From a virus (taxonomy: Duplodnaviria > Caudoviricetes): a stretch of 29,184 nucleotides of DNA. Positions 9,694 to 19,046 of the stretch are shown piece after piece (the first letter of the stretch is position 1; each line of letters opens with the position of its first letter). The translations under genes and the position numbers were made by a program. The notes beneath the pieces were generated by a model, which had not been told where the DNA came from, did not search any database, and saw nothing but the letters and a program-made list of their open reading frames with translations. The stretch is from IMG/VR virus record IMGVR_UViG_3300037515_000316, positions 1 to 29,184 of that record; one strand, 5' to 3'.

Positions 9694-10431
9694 TTACCAA
9701 TTTATCATCTCTTTACCATTTGTTATTTTTTTTAAAATTAAATTAGCTTGATTAAAATTAGGACAATTCCAATCACTATTTAATGATTTAGAAGGATGAT
9801 TAAATCTTAAAATATGGTGATTATTTGATGAACTTATATATTTTGTAAAATATTCAGCATCACTTCCCCATACTATAAAAATTAAATTATCTTTTTCATT
9901 ACTAATAATTTTAATAACTTCTCTTGTAAAATTTGCCCAATATTTACCATGAGCATTTTTAACCCCTTCTTCAGATGTTGATGATACATCTAATAAAAAT
10001 ATACCTTGATTGCACCAATTTTTAAGTGTTTCATCAAATTCATATTGTGTATCATTATTATATACAGTTTTACGAATACATCTTTCTATAAGAATAGTTT
10101 CACTTTCAGTAGAACCATGAACAGATTCAGTATTAGCAAAAGGAACACCAGTTGCTTTATAATTACTAAAAGGTTCACTTCCTAAAATTACTATTTTTAA
10201 ATTATTAACATCACATGATCTAAAATTTTCAAATAATCTATTTTTATAAGGATATATTAAATGTTTACCTTCAACTAAATTAGGTTTAATTTTATATAAT
10301 TCACCAATAAAAACTATTAAATTAAACATATAAATAGATGATAATAATGGATTTAATAATTCTGTCCATCCTTCTGAAAATAATTCTTTATAATCAATTT
10401 TTAATTTTTCTTTTATACTAACTCTTTCCAT
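9694..10431 (-). CDS. ung: family 1 uracil-DNA glycosylase homologue with divergent active site
   Basis: KIVILGSEPF (cf. GQDPY), ATGVPF, WCNQGIFLLD (cf. LLN), FIVWG and HPS motifs. Confidence 0.8.
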   Translation of the reverse strand: MERVSIKEKLKIDYKELFSEGWTELLNPLLSSIYMFNLIVFIGELYKIKPNLVEGKHLIYPYKNRLFENFRSCDVNNLKIVILGSEPFSNYKATGVPFANTESVHGSTESETILIERCIRKTVYNNDTQYEFDETLKNWCNQGIFLLDVSSTSEEGVKNAHGKYWANFTREVIKIISNEKDNLIFIVWGSDAEYFTKYISSSNNHHILRFNHPSKSLNSDWNCPNFNQANLILKKITNGKEMINW

Positions 10432-10442
10432 ATAATTAAAAA

Positions 10443-12173
10443 TTAATTTTCTATATTATCTTCACCAAATTCATCAATAAAACCATTAATAATATTATCA
10501 TCTGGATCTTGTTGATTATTAATAGGTACAGGTGGATGTATATTGTCAAACCGCAGTGGAATTCCCTCTCTTATCCCTACTATTTGATAACCTCTTTCTA
10601 ATTCAATTCTTAAATCATCTAAAATTTCTTTATTATATATAGTTTTACTACTAATATTTACTTTTTTAGTCCAATCTAAATGTTTAAAATTATATTTAAA
10701 ATCTTTCTCAGGTGCTAAGAAATCTCCATTTCTTGTTCTTTCATAAAAATGTTTTTTTCTATAATCATAATAATTTCTTATACTTTCAATTAATCTATTA
10801 TCAAAACATTTGTTATAATATGATTCATATACAACCTCATTTAAATTAAGATTAATATAATTTTTAAAGTTTTTTAAAATATTATTTTGATTTTTAATAG
10901 TAAAATCTATTATAGAAAAACAAGTTATCATATAATTAATAATTTTATTAATATCATATGTTGGAGTATGTATTCTAAACTCAACAGTTTCTTTATTACC
11001 AAATAATAAAGGTATCATATTAACCCAAAAATATCTAGTTCGGATATTCCACTTAGCTTCACCTTTTGGATCAGAGGGATGATTTTTAATATTATTTAAA
11101 TCATATTTTACATCTGAGTATTTTTGACCCATTGATAAAAAATTATATAAAATATCAAAATTTTTAATTAAATCATCTTTAGAATTTATACAAGAATCAA
11201 ATAATAACATTGTTTCTTTTTCTGGTAAAGGTTTAGTATAATGTTTTCTTTTAACACCATAATTTTCTTTTTTATGAAAAGGAAACATAGAGAACATTTC
11301 ATCTTGTAATAAATATAATACTTTAAATAAAGAAATAAAAAATTCTTCTGTTCTTGGTATATTACCTATATGTAAATGTAAAGAACAATTATTATCATAT
11401 TTTGTTCTCTTTTTAAGTTCTTCAACTGTATCTATTACAGTTTGAAAACCTTTTTTACCTTCTAATGGTATTGTTACATATTCTAAACCATTTATACTAC
11501 CGTCTCTTAATGGTATTAATCCTAATTTTTTACAAATTCTTGTAGGAACATAACCCATAGTAGTTTCAAATTCAAGACCAAAACTTAATCCTTTTGTTAT
11601 ATCAAAACTATCATTTTTAATAAAATTATGATATTCTGGATTATATAATTCATCATATGATTTTTTATAATTTTTAATTATTTTTCTTGAATCATAAGAT
11701 AATGAATTTTTATAATTTTGATCACATTTTGCAGGATATATAAATTTATATGAATCTATCATATATCTACTATAATAATAACCATCTTCTAAATTTTCTA
11801 AATATAATTTAGAATTTTTTAAAATATCATCATTTATACAATAAAGTAATTTATTTTTATGATTTAATATAGGTAATGTTTCAACATTATTTATAGAAAA
11901 TCCTCCTAAAATAGGTTTTTCTTTTTCATCTAAACCTACTATTCCTATTTCTATAAAATTACCATCTTTTATTTCATTTTTTAAAATATATTGTTTTTTA
12001 GAATGATCATAAATTATATATCCTGTATTATATTTGTAATATTTACCATTTATTAAATAACATTCTCCAGAATTTTCTATAGTAACATCTCCTTTTAAAT
12101 AATAAACACCACTCATTTTTCTACAGTCTGATTTATCAGCTGTATTTCCATTTATTGTTGTAACTAATTCCAT
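10443..12173 (-). CDS. putative amidoligase (glutamine synthetase-like COOH-NH2 ligase)
   Basis: SFGLEFE, RDGSI, LEYVT, CSLHLHIG, RYFWVN and TVEFR motifs. Confidence 0.85.
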   Translation of the reverse strand: MELVTTINGNTADKSDCRKMSGVYYLKGDVTIENSGECYLINGKYYKYNTGYIIYDHSKKQYILKNEIKDGNFIEIGIVGLDEKEKPILGGFSINNVETLPILNHKNKLLYCINDDILKNSKLYLENLEDGYYYSRYMIDSYKFIYPAKCDQNYKNSLSYDSRKIIKNYKKSYDELYNPEYHNFIKNDSFDITKGLSFGLEFETTMGYVPTRICKKLGLIPLRDGSINGLEYVTIPLEGKKGFQTVIDTVEELKKRTKYDNNCSLHLHIGNIPRTEEFFISLFKVLYLLQDEMFSMFPFHKKENYGVKRKHYTKPLPEKETMLLFDSCINSKDDLIKNFDILYNFLSMGQKYSDVKYDLNNIKNHPSDPKGEAKWNIRTRYFWVNMIPLLFGNKETVEFRIHTPTYDINKIINYMITCFSIIDFTIKNQNNILKNFKNYINLNLNEVVYESYYNKCFDNRLIESIRNYYDYRKKHFYERTRNGDFLAPEKDFKYNFKHLDWTKKVNISSKTIYNKEILDDLRIELERGYQIVGIREGIPLRFDNIHPPVPINNQQDPDDNIINGFIDEFGEDNIEN

Positions 12174-12176
12174 ATA

Positions 12177-14084
12177 TTATTCAATTTCTTCAATTGCTAG
12201 TAAATTTTTACAGTTTTTTAAAAAATCTTCCAATATTAACATTGCTTCTTGACCTTTTTCATAATTACCATATAATTCTAATCTTTGTATTTCTAAAGGT
12301 ATTTTTTCAAATAAAGGTTTATAAATTTCTTCTATTACTTTGTTTAATAAATCAGAATCTTTTTTTCTATTATGTACTACTGATGATACATTTTCACTAT
12401 TTCTTATAGATTCTTCATGTTTTAATAGAATATCTCCTATTTTTTCAACACTATTCATCTCTTTTACTTCTCTTTGTTTAATATTTTCACTAAAAAAAAC
12501 ACAATTACCATTTTCAATAGTATATGTTTTATTTGAACCTAAAGGTGAAAAAATATCATTATATATTTTATTATCTTTTAATATATATTGAGTTGTAGGA
12601 GTATGTAATTTATTATTAATATCAATAATAGGATGTGTAGAACATATACTTAAACTTTCCCAACTAAAAGGTTTTTCAGTTTTTTTTCTAATAATACATG
12701 CTAAATAATCAGAATATGTTGATAATCTTATACCTTCAAAGAAATAGAATAAAGGTGGTTTTTCAATTTTATTAATACCTTCTAATTCAAAAAAAGGTAC
12801 AAAAGCACCATCTTCTTTTGTAAATATTTGTTCAACAAATACAAATTGACCATCATAAAATTCTTTATTCTTTAATGCATTAAAATGAATTTCTGCTGAT
12901 TTTATATTATCTGCTAAGAAATAAAATCCAAAATTATTAATCCATACATAACAACCTGTTATTAATTTAGAATCTTTCCAATATCTTAATTTATTAAAAT
13001 ATACTTTATTTTTATCTAAATTACTAGATAATTTTTCATTATAAATATCATAATATTGTTCACTAGAAGATGTATTTATATCTTTATTAGGTTTATTAGA
13101 TGCTTCTAATAATGGTAAAGATTGTTGTTGTTTTACATAAGGTAAATCACAATCATTACCACAATCATCATAAAAATCTTCCCATTCATCTAATCTACCA
13201 TTCATTTGGTAAGATTTACCTTTTTTAGAATTTTGATTAAAATATTTATTTTCATAACTTTTTACATGATAACAACCTCTTCTATTTATTTTAATTAATT
13301 CAGCTGTAGCAATATTACCATCTGTTATTTTATATAATACATTATGCTTAAATTGTCCAATACTACCTATATATTTTTTATTTTCATCTTTAACTACTTC
13401 ACCACCTATAGCTTGTAAAGAGTTTTCCATAGAAGATATATATAAACTATTTCTAGTTTCTTTATAATAAAATAAAGGTCTTTCTTCATACATATCATCT
13501 TCTTTATCATTAATAGTTTTTTTGGATGCACCATGCCAACAATAAACAACATTTGGTTTATTTAGATCTGAAAAAACTAATGCTGCAGCTCCTAGATATT
13601 CACTTAAAACTTTAAAATTTTTTTGTTTGTATATTATTTCTAATAATACTTCACTATCAATTTTTTCTCTAGTAGTAGTAACACCTTTTATTGTATTAGA
13701 AACTTTAATATCAATTTTATATTTTTCAGCTAATTCTATATGATTTAATAAAGAACCATTATGAACACCTATAAACTCATAACTTCCTGTTTTTTCTAAT
13801 ACACCAAAACCAAAAGGATGTGCATTATCGGAATTATGTTGTCCAAAAGTAGCTTTTCTTGTATGACCTATAACAGTAGGTATTATACTAGGATTATCAT
13901 ATCCTAAATTTACTATAAAATTACGATATACTTTATTATTTTGAACACCTACAGTTATATAACCATCTGATGCTACTCCGCATGAATCTTCACCTCTCTC
14001 TTCATTATAACTACCTACTAGATCAAATTTTGCTTTATTAAATTTCATTGGTGTTTTACCAGACCAGCTTACGATTCCACACAT
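12177..14084 (-). CDS. class II (Ntn) glutamine amidotransferase with long C-terminal extension
   Basis: N-terminal MCGI, RGEDSCG, GHTRKAT, NAHPF, HNG and DSE motifs. Confidence 0.9.
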   Translation of the reverse strand: MCGIVSWSGKTPMKFNKAKFDLVGSYNEERGEDSCGVASDGYITVGVQNNKVYRNFIVNLGYDNPSIIPTVIGHTRKATFGQHNSDNAHPFGFGVLEKTGSYEFIGVHNGSLLNHIELAEKYKIDIKVSNTIKGVTTTREKIDSEVLLEIIYKQKNFKVLSEYLGAAALVFSDLNKPNVVYCWHGASKKTINDKEDDMYEERPLFYYKETRNSLYISSMENSLQAIGGEVVKDENKKYIGSIGQFKHNVLYKITDGNIATAELIKINRRGCYHVKSYENKYFNQNSKKGKSYQMNGRLDEWEDFYDDCGNDCDLPYVKQQQSLPLLEASNKPNKDINTSSSEQYYDIYNEKLSSNLDKNKVYFNKLRYWKDSKLITGCYVWINNFGFYFLADNIKSAEIHFNALKNKEFYDGQFVFVEQIFTKEDGAFVPFFELEGINKIEKPPLFYFFEGIRLSTYSDYLACIIRKKTEKPFSWESLSICSTHPIIDINNKLHTPTTQYILKDNKIYNDIFSPLGSNKTYTIENGNCVFFSENIKQREVKEMNSVEKIGDILLKHEESIRNSENVSSVVHNRKKDSDLLNKVIEEIYKPLFEKIPLEIQRLELYGNYEKGQEAMLILEDFLKNCKNLLAIEEIE

Positions 14085-14875
14085 ATTTTCTTTTGTATTT
14101 GTTTATTTATTTTATTAATTAATTGTTTAGCTTTTTTTTTATCATTAGAATCTATTGTTTCTTTAATATTATCTCCAAATTCTTTAACTAAATCTGTTAT
14201 AATACCAGTATTTACTAATTCAATTGCTTTTATTGTATTATTATAAGCCCATTCAATTAATTTATTATCTTTAATCCAAAAATTTGATAATGTTCTATAT
14301 TCTACTCCATAATCTTTTGGTCTAAAACATCCTGCATTACCATACATTTTTCTTCTTTCTGTATCTTTATCAAGAAGTAATGATTCTAAACCTAATGTTA
14401 TATCCATAGCATATATAATTAGTTCACTAACTTCAAAACTTGGATCATCATAACCTACATGAATATGTCCACCACAAGTTCTTAAATTAGTATTAGAAGA
14501 AGGTGAATCATTTATTTCTTTTAAATAAACATTTAAATCTGGATCACAACCAAAACGTTGTGCTTGAGGTGTTTTTAAATATTTTTTATTTAAAAAAGCA
14601 GAAGCAGAATAATTTAATTCACAATCATATAAAACAACTAATTGTTCTAAATAAGTTTTAACAAAATTAATTTCCTTTATAAAAGAATTTGAATCTGTAC
14701 AAGGTGGAATATTAAATTCAATCATCACATTATCTTCTTGTATAGCATGTCCTTTTTCTGATATATATTTTGGTTTATCTTTAGTTCCACCTATATACCC
14801 TTCTGCTGAAATAATTTCATTATTTTTAGACAAAAATAATTCTGGATCAGCTCCAATTTTAATATTATTTACCAT
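14069..14875 (-). CDS. phiEco32-like COOH-NH2 ligase type 2
   Basis: IGADPELF, QEDNVMIEFN, FGCDPD, RTCGGHIHVG, RRKMYG and YGVEYRTLSNFW motifs. Confidence 0.88.
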   Translation of the reverse strand: MVNNIKIGADPELFLSKNNEIISAEGYIGGTKDKPKYISEKGHAIQEDNVMIEFNIPPCTDSNSFIKEINFVKTYLEQLVVLYDCELNYSASAFLNKKYLKTPQAQRFGCDPDLNVYLKEINDSPSSNTNLRTCGGHIHVGYDDPSFEVSELIIYAMDITLGLESLLLDKDTERRKMYGNAGCFRPKDYGVEYRTLSNFWIKDNKLIEWAYNNTIKAIELVNTGIITDLVKEFGDNIKETIDSNDKKKAKQLINKINKQIQKKICVES

Positions 14876-15312
14876 TCTTCTTCAATTTTAATTTTAATAT
14901 TATTATTTATAAGCTTAGAATCAATTAAATTTAATAATTTAATAACTGTATCTTGAGGACAAGTTTTCATTTCAGGATGTCCTTGAATACACAAAGAATA
15001 TGTTTCTGGATAATATATTATTTCTGGTTCTACAAAGTTTTCAGGTAAACTAATTTCTTCATTTTTACCATTTAAATAAGTTTTACTTCTAAATTTACTA
15101 GACCACGCTAATATTTCATAATCTTTTTTATTTCTTATATTATATGGAAACATCATTTGATGATGTGTAGAAGTTATTTCATATTCATATAAACGATTAT
15201 TAAGTTGATAATATTCTTTAATTGAATCTTTAAAATGTATAGTATGATTACCTGAATGACCATTAACATGTTGTATTAATTTACCACCAGACATAACTGT
15301 AAGAAATTGTGA
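14869..15312 (-). CDS. exon 2 of class I glutamine amidotransferase / peptidase C26-like protein
   Basis: Begins SQFLTV after the intron terminal G (AAAATTG|TCACAA). Carries STHHQ and QGHPE (catalytic His-Glu). The spliced product is 243 aa. Confidence 0.88.
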   Translation of the reverse strand, partial: SQFLTVMSGGKLIQHVNGHSGNHTIHFKDSIKEYYQLNNRLYEYEITSTHHQMMFPYNIRNKKDYEILAWSSKFRSKTYLNGKNEEISLPENFVEPEIIYYPETYSLCIQGHPEMKTCPQDTVIKLLNLIDSKLINNNIKIKIEEEW

Positions 15313-15413
15313 CAATTTTGTTATCGTAGATTTTTTAATTACTACCTCTATATATTTCTATATAGCTCAGACTATATCATAATCTTAATTATTATAAAAT
15401 AATTTAATTATTA

Positions 15414-15445
15414 TTTGTTTTTCTTAATTATTTTTTGTATATTTG
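15414..15445 (+). promoter_or_regulatory. Bacteroidetes primary-sigma promoter for the antisense HNH gene
   Basis: TTTG (15414-15417), 20-nt spacer, TATATTTG (15438-15445). Matches the -33/-7 consensus TTTG...TAnnTTTG. Confidence 0.8.
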
Positions 15446-15477
15446 TTATTTGTAACAAAATAAAACATATAATTAAT

Positions 15478-16038
15478 ATGGCAAATAAATCATCGAAACA
15501 TTTAAATATAATAAAAGATTTAAATTTACAAGGTTATACTGATTCAGAAATAGCTCGTAAATTAAATTTATCTAGTTCAGGTGTAAATTATCTTAGAAAT
15601 AAATTAGGATTAAAACCTAATTGGTGTAAAATAAAATATAAATCTAATTATGATAAAATGAAAGGTTATATTATTAGAAATATAAAATTTTCTGCAAAAC
15701 GTAGAAATATACATTTTGATTTATCTTATCTAGATTTAGAACTTCCTGAAAGATGTCCTTTATTAAATGTAAAATTAGAATATAACCAAGAAGGTTGTTC
15801 TAATAATCCTAATCATGCAACTGTAGATAGAATTGATAATTCTAAAGGTTACATAAAAGGTAATGTTTTAATAATATCAAGATTAGCTAATTCTATGAAA
15901 AATGAAGCTAATTTTGAACAATTATTATTATTTTCTAAAAATATAGAAAAATTAATTTCTATATATAAGATCCAGGGCGCTCTTGGGAATATTACTGATA
16001 TGAATTCTAAAATTAGAATTTTTAATCTCGATTCCTAG
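15478..16038 (+). CDS. HNH-type homing endonuclease with N-terminal HTH, antisense within the intron
   Basis: HTH-like YTDSEIARKLNLS, then AKRRNIHFDL, CP and TVDRIDNSKGYIKGNV...AN. The ATG at 15478 is preferred over the TTG at 15415, which lies inside the promoter. Confidence 0.85.
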   Translation: MANKSSKHLNIIKDLNLQGYTDSEIARKLNLSSSGVNYLRNKLGLKPNWCKIKYKSNYDKMKGYIIRNIKFSAKRRNIHFDLSYLDLELPERCPLLNVKLEYNQEGCSNNPNHATVDRIDNSKGYIKGNVLIISRLANSMKNEANFEQLLLFSKNIEKLISIYKIQGALGNITDMNSKIRIFNLDS

Positions 16039-16170
16039 TCGTTGCACTTTTAAAAGTATTTCTACTTAAACTTAGCTCAGGATTATCTACATCTTTATAT
16101 GTTTAGACTTTCCCTGAATTCACCCCGTGTTTTTAATTATATATTACTATATAACTGGGCTACACATTTA

Positions 16171-16458
16171 ACCCCTACAAATACCCAATTTAGGTACATA
16201 TTTATATTTTTCAAATATATCATATTCATATTCATCTCTTTTTGTATTATTATGTGTATGAATTCCTTTTTCTTCGTTATAATAATCTGGACTAACATCT
16301 TCACCTCCTGTAAATACAACTAAATCAATATTTTTAGGATAATAACCATCTTTATCTTTTTTAAATTCTATTATTTCAATATCATATTTTAAAGATAAGA
16401 ATTCAGCATAACTATTTGAAAAACCTGTATCAACTATTAATCTTAATTTCTTTTTCAT
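16171..16458 (-). CDS. exon 1 of class I glutamine amidotransferase / peptidase C26-like protein
   Basis: FTGGEDVSP, RDEYE and LGICRG (nucleophile elbow), ending at the 5' splice site. Confidence 0.88.
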
Positions 16459-17327
16459 TTGTAATATTTTTTTTGTTTATTTTTTTTATTTAATATTAAT
16501 TGTGGTAACATTTCTAAATATTTAACTTCTGTAATTTTACCAAAAGAAGGTGCTGAATTTATTTCAATAATAATAAAATCTACATTCTCTCTTTTTTCTT
16601 CTCTTTTATTAGTAGAACTTTGAACTTTAACATCAACAGCTCCAAAATCTAAACCTGTAGATTTTAAAGCTTTAATAGAATGTTCAACTATTAAATCCCA
16701 ACAAATAGGTTTATCAAATAATTCATTTTCCTCTGTTATCCAAACACAATGTTCATCATTTCTATACCATTTATCTTTATCTGGTGTATCAGATTTTAAC
16801 ATTTTTCTACATGTATAAAAATAATTATCTTCTGTAATATGAAGTCTATATTCTCTTATATAATTATAAAATTTTTCAAAAATATATTCATCAAGTCTTT
16901 CTAATCTCTTATTTAACCATGTTTCAAGCTCTTCTAATGAATCTAATTTATAATTACCTGTTCCTTTACTACCTAGTCTGTGTTTAGCTATAATAGGATA
17001 TGGTAAATCATTCATAGGAATACCATTATTTGTAGTTGATATATTAAATATTTCTTCTTCTTTATTATAAATAAACCAATCTGGTGTTTTAACATTATTT
17101 TTAGTAAAACACTGTTTCATTAATAATTTATCAGCTGAATTTTTAATGGCATCAACTGTATTTATTTCTATAATATCTTCAGTTGTTTTAAATATATTTT
17201 CTAGTTTAGTAAAAGAACCTAATCTAATTACTGATTTAAATCCAAATAAAGGTAATAAACCTTTTTTTCTTAATACATTATGTGAAGGATGTCTACTTCT
17301 AATCTTAGGTAAAAAATATTTAATCAT
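16455..17327 (-). CDS. ATP-grasp peptide ligase (RimK-like fold)
   Basis: ADKLLMK, YPIIAK, GSKGTG, EYRLH, DFGAVD and IIEINSAP motifs. Confidence 0.88.
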   Translation of the reverse strand: MIKYFLPKIRSRHPSHNVLRKKGLLPLFGFKSVIRLGSFTKLENIFKTTEDIIEINTVDAIKNSADKLLMKQCFTKNNVKTPDWFIYNKEEEIFNISTTNNGIPMNDLPYPIIAKHRLGSKGTGNYKLDSLEELETWLNKRLERLDEYIFEKFYNYIREYRLHITEDNYFYTCRKMLKSDTPDKDKWYRNDEHCVWITEENELFDKPICWDLIVEHSIKALKSTGLDFGAVDVKVQSSTNKREEKRENVDFIIIEINSAPSFGKITEVKYLEMLPQLILNKKNKQKKYYK

Positions 17328-17904
17328 AAGTTTCTTTAAATTTAATTTCTTTTTTAAAATATTCTACCCAATCACCAGATTCAATCATAGCTGGATTATT
17401 TGGTATTTCCTTATTATAAACATAAATTATAGCTCTTCCAAAAGGTGTATCAATATGTTTTCTGTTATAAAGATTATTTACAGCATTTTTACTATAATAA
17501 CCTTCTATTCCATCTAATTGTGATAATGTTTTTTTATCAATATTATCATATACTTCAAAAGTTACAGAAGTATAACCACCTTCTTTAATTGCTGGATATG
17601 TATTACTAGGTGTAAACATTAAATATATAGGTTCACTTTGAAATGTTCCTAAATAATTAGCATTTTTTAAAACATAAGATGCTCGTTGTCCTTTTCTTAA
17701 TGTACCATAAACCGCTACTTTCATTATTTCTTCTTTTTTTTTATTATTTTTTGTTAATTTTAAAATATTTTGAGGATTTAATTTAAAATGTTCTATACAA
17801 ATAGCATAATCAAATAAAGGATGTAATCTATTATCTTTTACTTTATTACAAATTACACATGGTTTTTTTGTTACATAACCAAAGTTATTAAATTCTTGAC
17901 TCAT
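17320..17904 (-). CDS. gamma-glutamylcyclotransferase (AIG2-like) with possible N-terminal zinc finger
   Basis: VAVYGTLRKG, YPA, EVY, LDGIEG, YNR and IESGDW motifs. An alternative ATG at 17724 starts the catalytic domain. Confidence 0.85.
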   Translation of the reverse strand: MSQEFNNFGYVTKKPCVICNKVKDNRLHPLFDYAICIEHFKLNPQNILKLTKNNKKKEEIMKVAVYGTLRKGQRASYVLKNANYLGTFQSEPIYLMFTPSNTYPAIKEGGYTSVTFEVYDNIDKKTLSQLDGIEGYYSKNAVNNLYNRKHIDTPFGRAIIYVYNKEIPNNPAMIESGDWVEYFKKEIKFKETYD

Positions 17905-17915
17905 TATTAATTTTT

Positions 17916-18998
17916 TTAAAAAGGCATGTGTATATTACATCCCCATATTAATTGTACTTTTTCTTTTCTTGATAAATTTTTACTTTCATCAAATAATTTA
18001 ATCAAATCTATATCATCTACATTTTTAACTAAATCACTGAAATCTTTAGATTTTAAATAATCAGGAATACATAAATTTATAAAATCATAAGATTGACTTA
18101 ATTCTTTAGCAAATATTTGACCCCAATTTTCTTTTTTATCATAATCATTATCATATAATATATAAATTTTTTTAAATCTATCTTTTAATTCTTGTATTAC
18201 ACTATCTTTAGGTTTAGTTCCTTCAGCTTGCAAAGAAACAGATGGTATATCTAATAAACATTTTAAAGACATTACATCTTTTAAAGATTTTGTAATAATT
18301 AATTCTTCACCTGTTTTAGGTAATTGTTCCCAACCTTGCCAAACTGATGAATCATGATTATTTAACCATTTATATTTAGTATTAAAAGGTTGATATATCT
18401 TTATAGTTTGTTCATTATCTTTTTCTTCAATAAAACAATATGCATACTTATCAGCTGCAATAGGATGTCCATTTAAGAATATATATTTTATTGGTTGAAC
18501 TCTATATTTTTTTAATGTATTTAAATCTATTCCAAATTGATACCAAAAGGATAAGTCATAAGCTGTCCAATCTCTTTTTCTTTTACCTAATTTAAAATTT
18601 GAAGCATTTTCAAGTATTAAATTTCTTTTATCATAATCATTTGGATTATATTTTTTTATAGTTTTGTTGTTAATATCTTTATAATTAAAATAAAAAGTTA
18701 AATTAAAATCAATAACTATTTTACTAAGAGCTTCAAAAAAATTTAATCCAAACATTATTTGTACAAATTTTATACAATCTCCTGAACCTAATCTAAAATC
18801 ATTAAAACATATTTCACCTGTATCACCTGGAAAATAAGAAAATGAAGGTTTATCATCATCTCCAAAAGGTGATTTTATAGCTTTTTTTAATATGACTTCA
18901 CATTCTGTATAATATCTATAAATATCTACATCTTGAATATGAGTTAATATAAGCTCTTTTGTTACTAATTCTTTATTTAAATTTATATTTTTAACCAT
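17916..18998 (-). CDS. DnaG-like (TOPRIM) DNA primase
   Basis: SPF...PSF...DF...GD N-terminal domain, KIYQP, ITKSLKDV, YDND and KDFSD motifs. Confidence 0.85.
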   Translation of the reverse strand: MVKNINLNKELVTKELILTHIQDVDIYRYYTECEVILKKAIKSPFGDDDKPSFSYFPGDTGEICFNDFRLGSGDCIKFVQIMFGLNFFEALSKIVIDFNLTFYFNYKDINNKTIKKYNPNDYDKRNLILENASNFKLGKRKRDWTAYDLSFWYQFGIDLNTLKKYRVQPIKYIFLNGHPIAADKYAYCFIEEKDNEQTIKIYQPFNTKYKWLNNHDSSVWQGWEQLPKTGEELIITKSLKDVMSLKCLLDIPSVSLQAEGTKPKDSVIQELKDRFKKIYILYDNDYDKKENWGQIFAKELSQSYDFINLCIPDYLKSKDFSDLVKNVDDIDLIKLFDESKNLSRKEKVQLIWGCNIHMPF

Positions 18999-19010
18999 AT
19001 TTATTAAAAT

Positions 19011-19036
19011 AAAAAAGGGGCTTTTACACCCCTTTT
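19011..19036 (-). terminator. intrinsic terminator after the SSB-like gene
   Basis: On the - strand AAAAGGGG-TGTAAAAG-CCCCTTTTTT followed by a U-rich tail. Confidence 0.75.
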
Positions 19037-19046
19037 GTTTTATATA

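Larger units (their letters stand above)
15313..16170 (-). mobile_element. group I intron (858 nt) in the class I amidotransferase gene
   Basis: 5' site GGGT|TAAA with IGS GCCC (U.G). P3 CGGGGTG/CGCCCTG, P AATTCAGGGAA, Q AATCCTGAGC, R GCAACGACTA (GACTA 16040-16036), S ATGATATAGTCT (15380-15369), terminal G at 15313. Removal restores GICRG|SQ. Confidence 0.93.

Noticed and set aside
16137-16319. 60-aa - strand ORF
   Set aside because: It is an out-of-frame overlap of amidotransferase exon 1 running into the intron.
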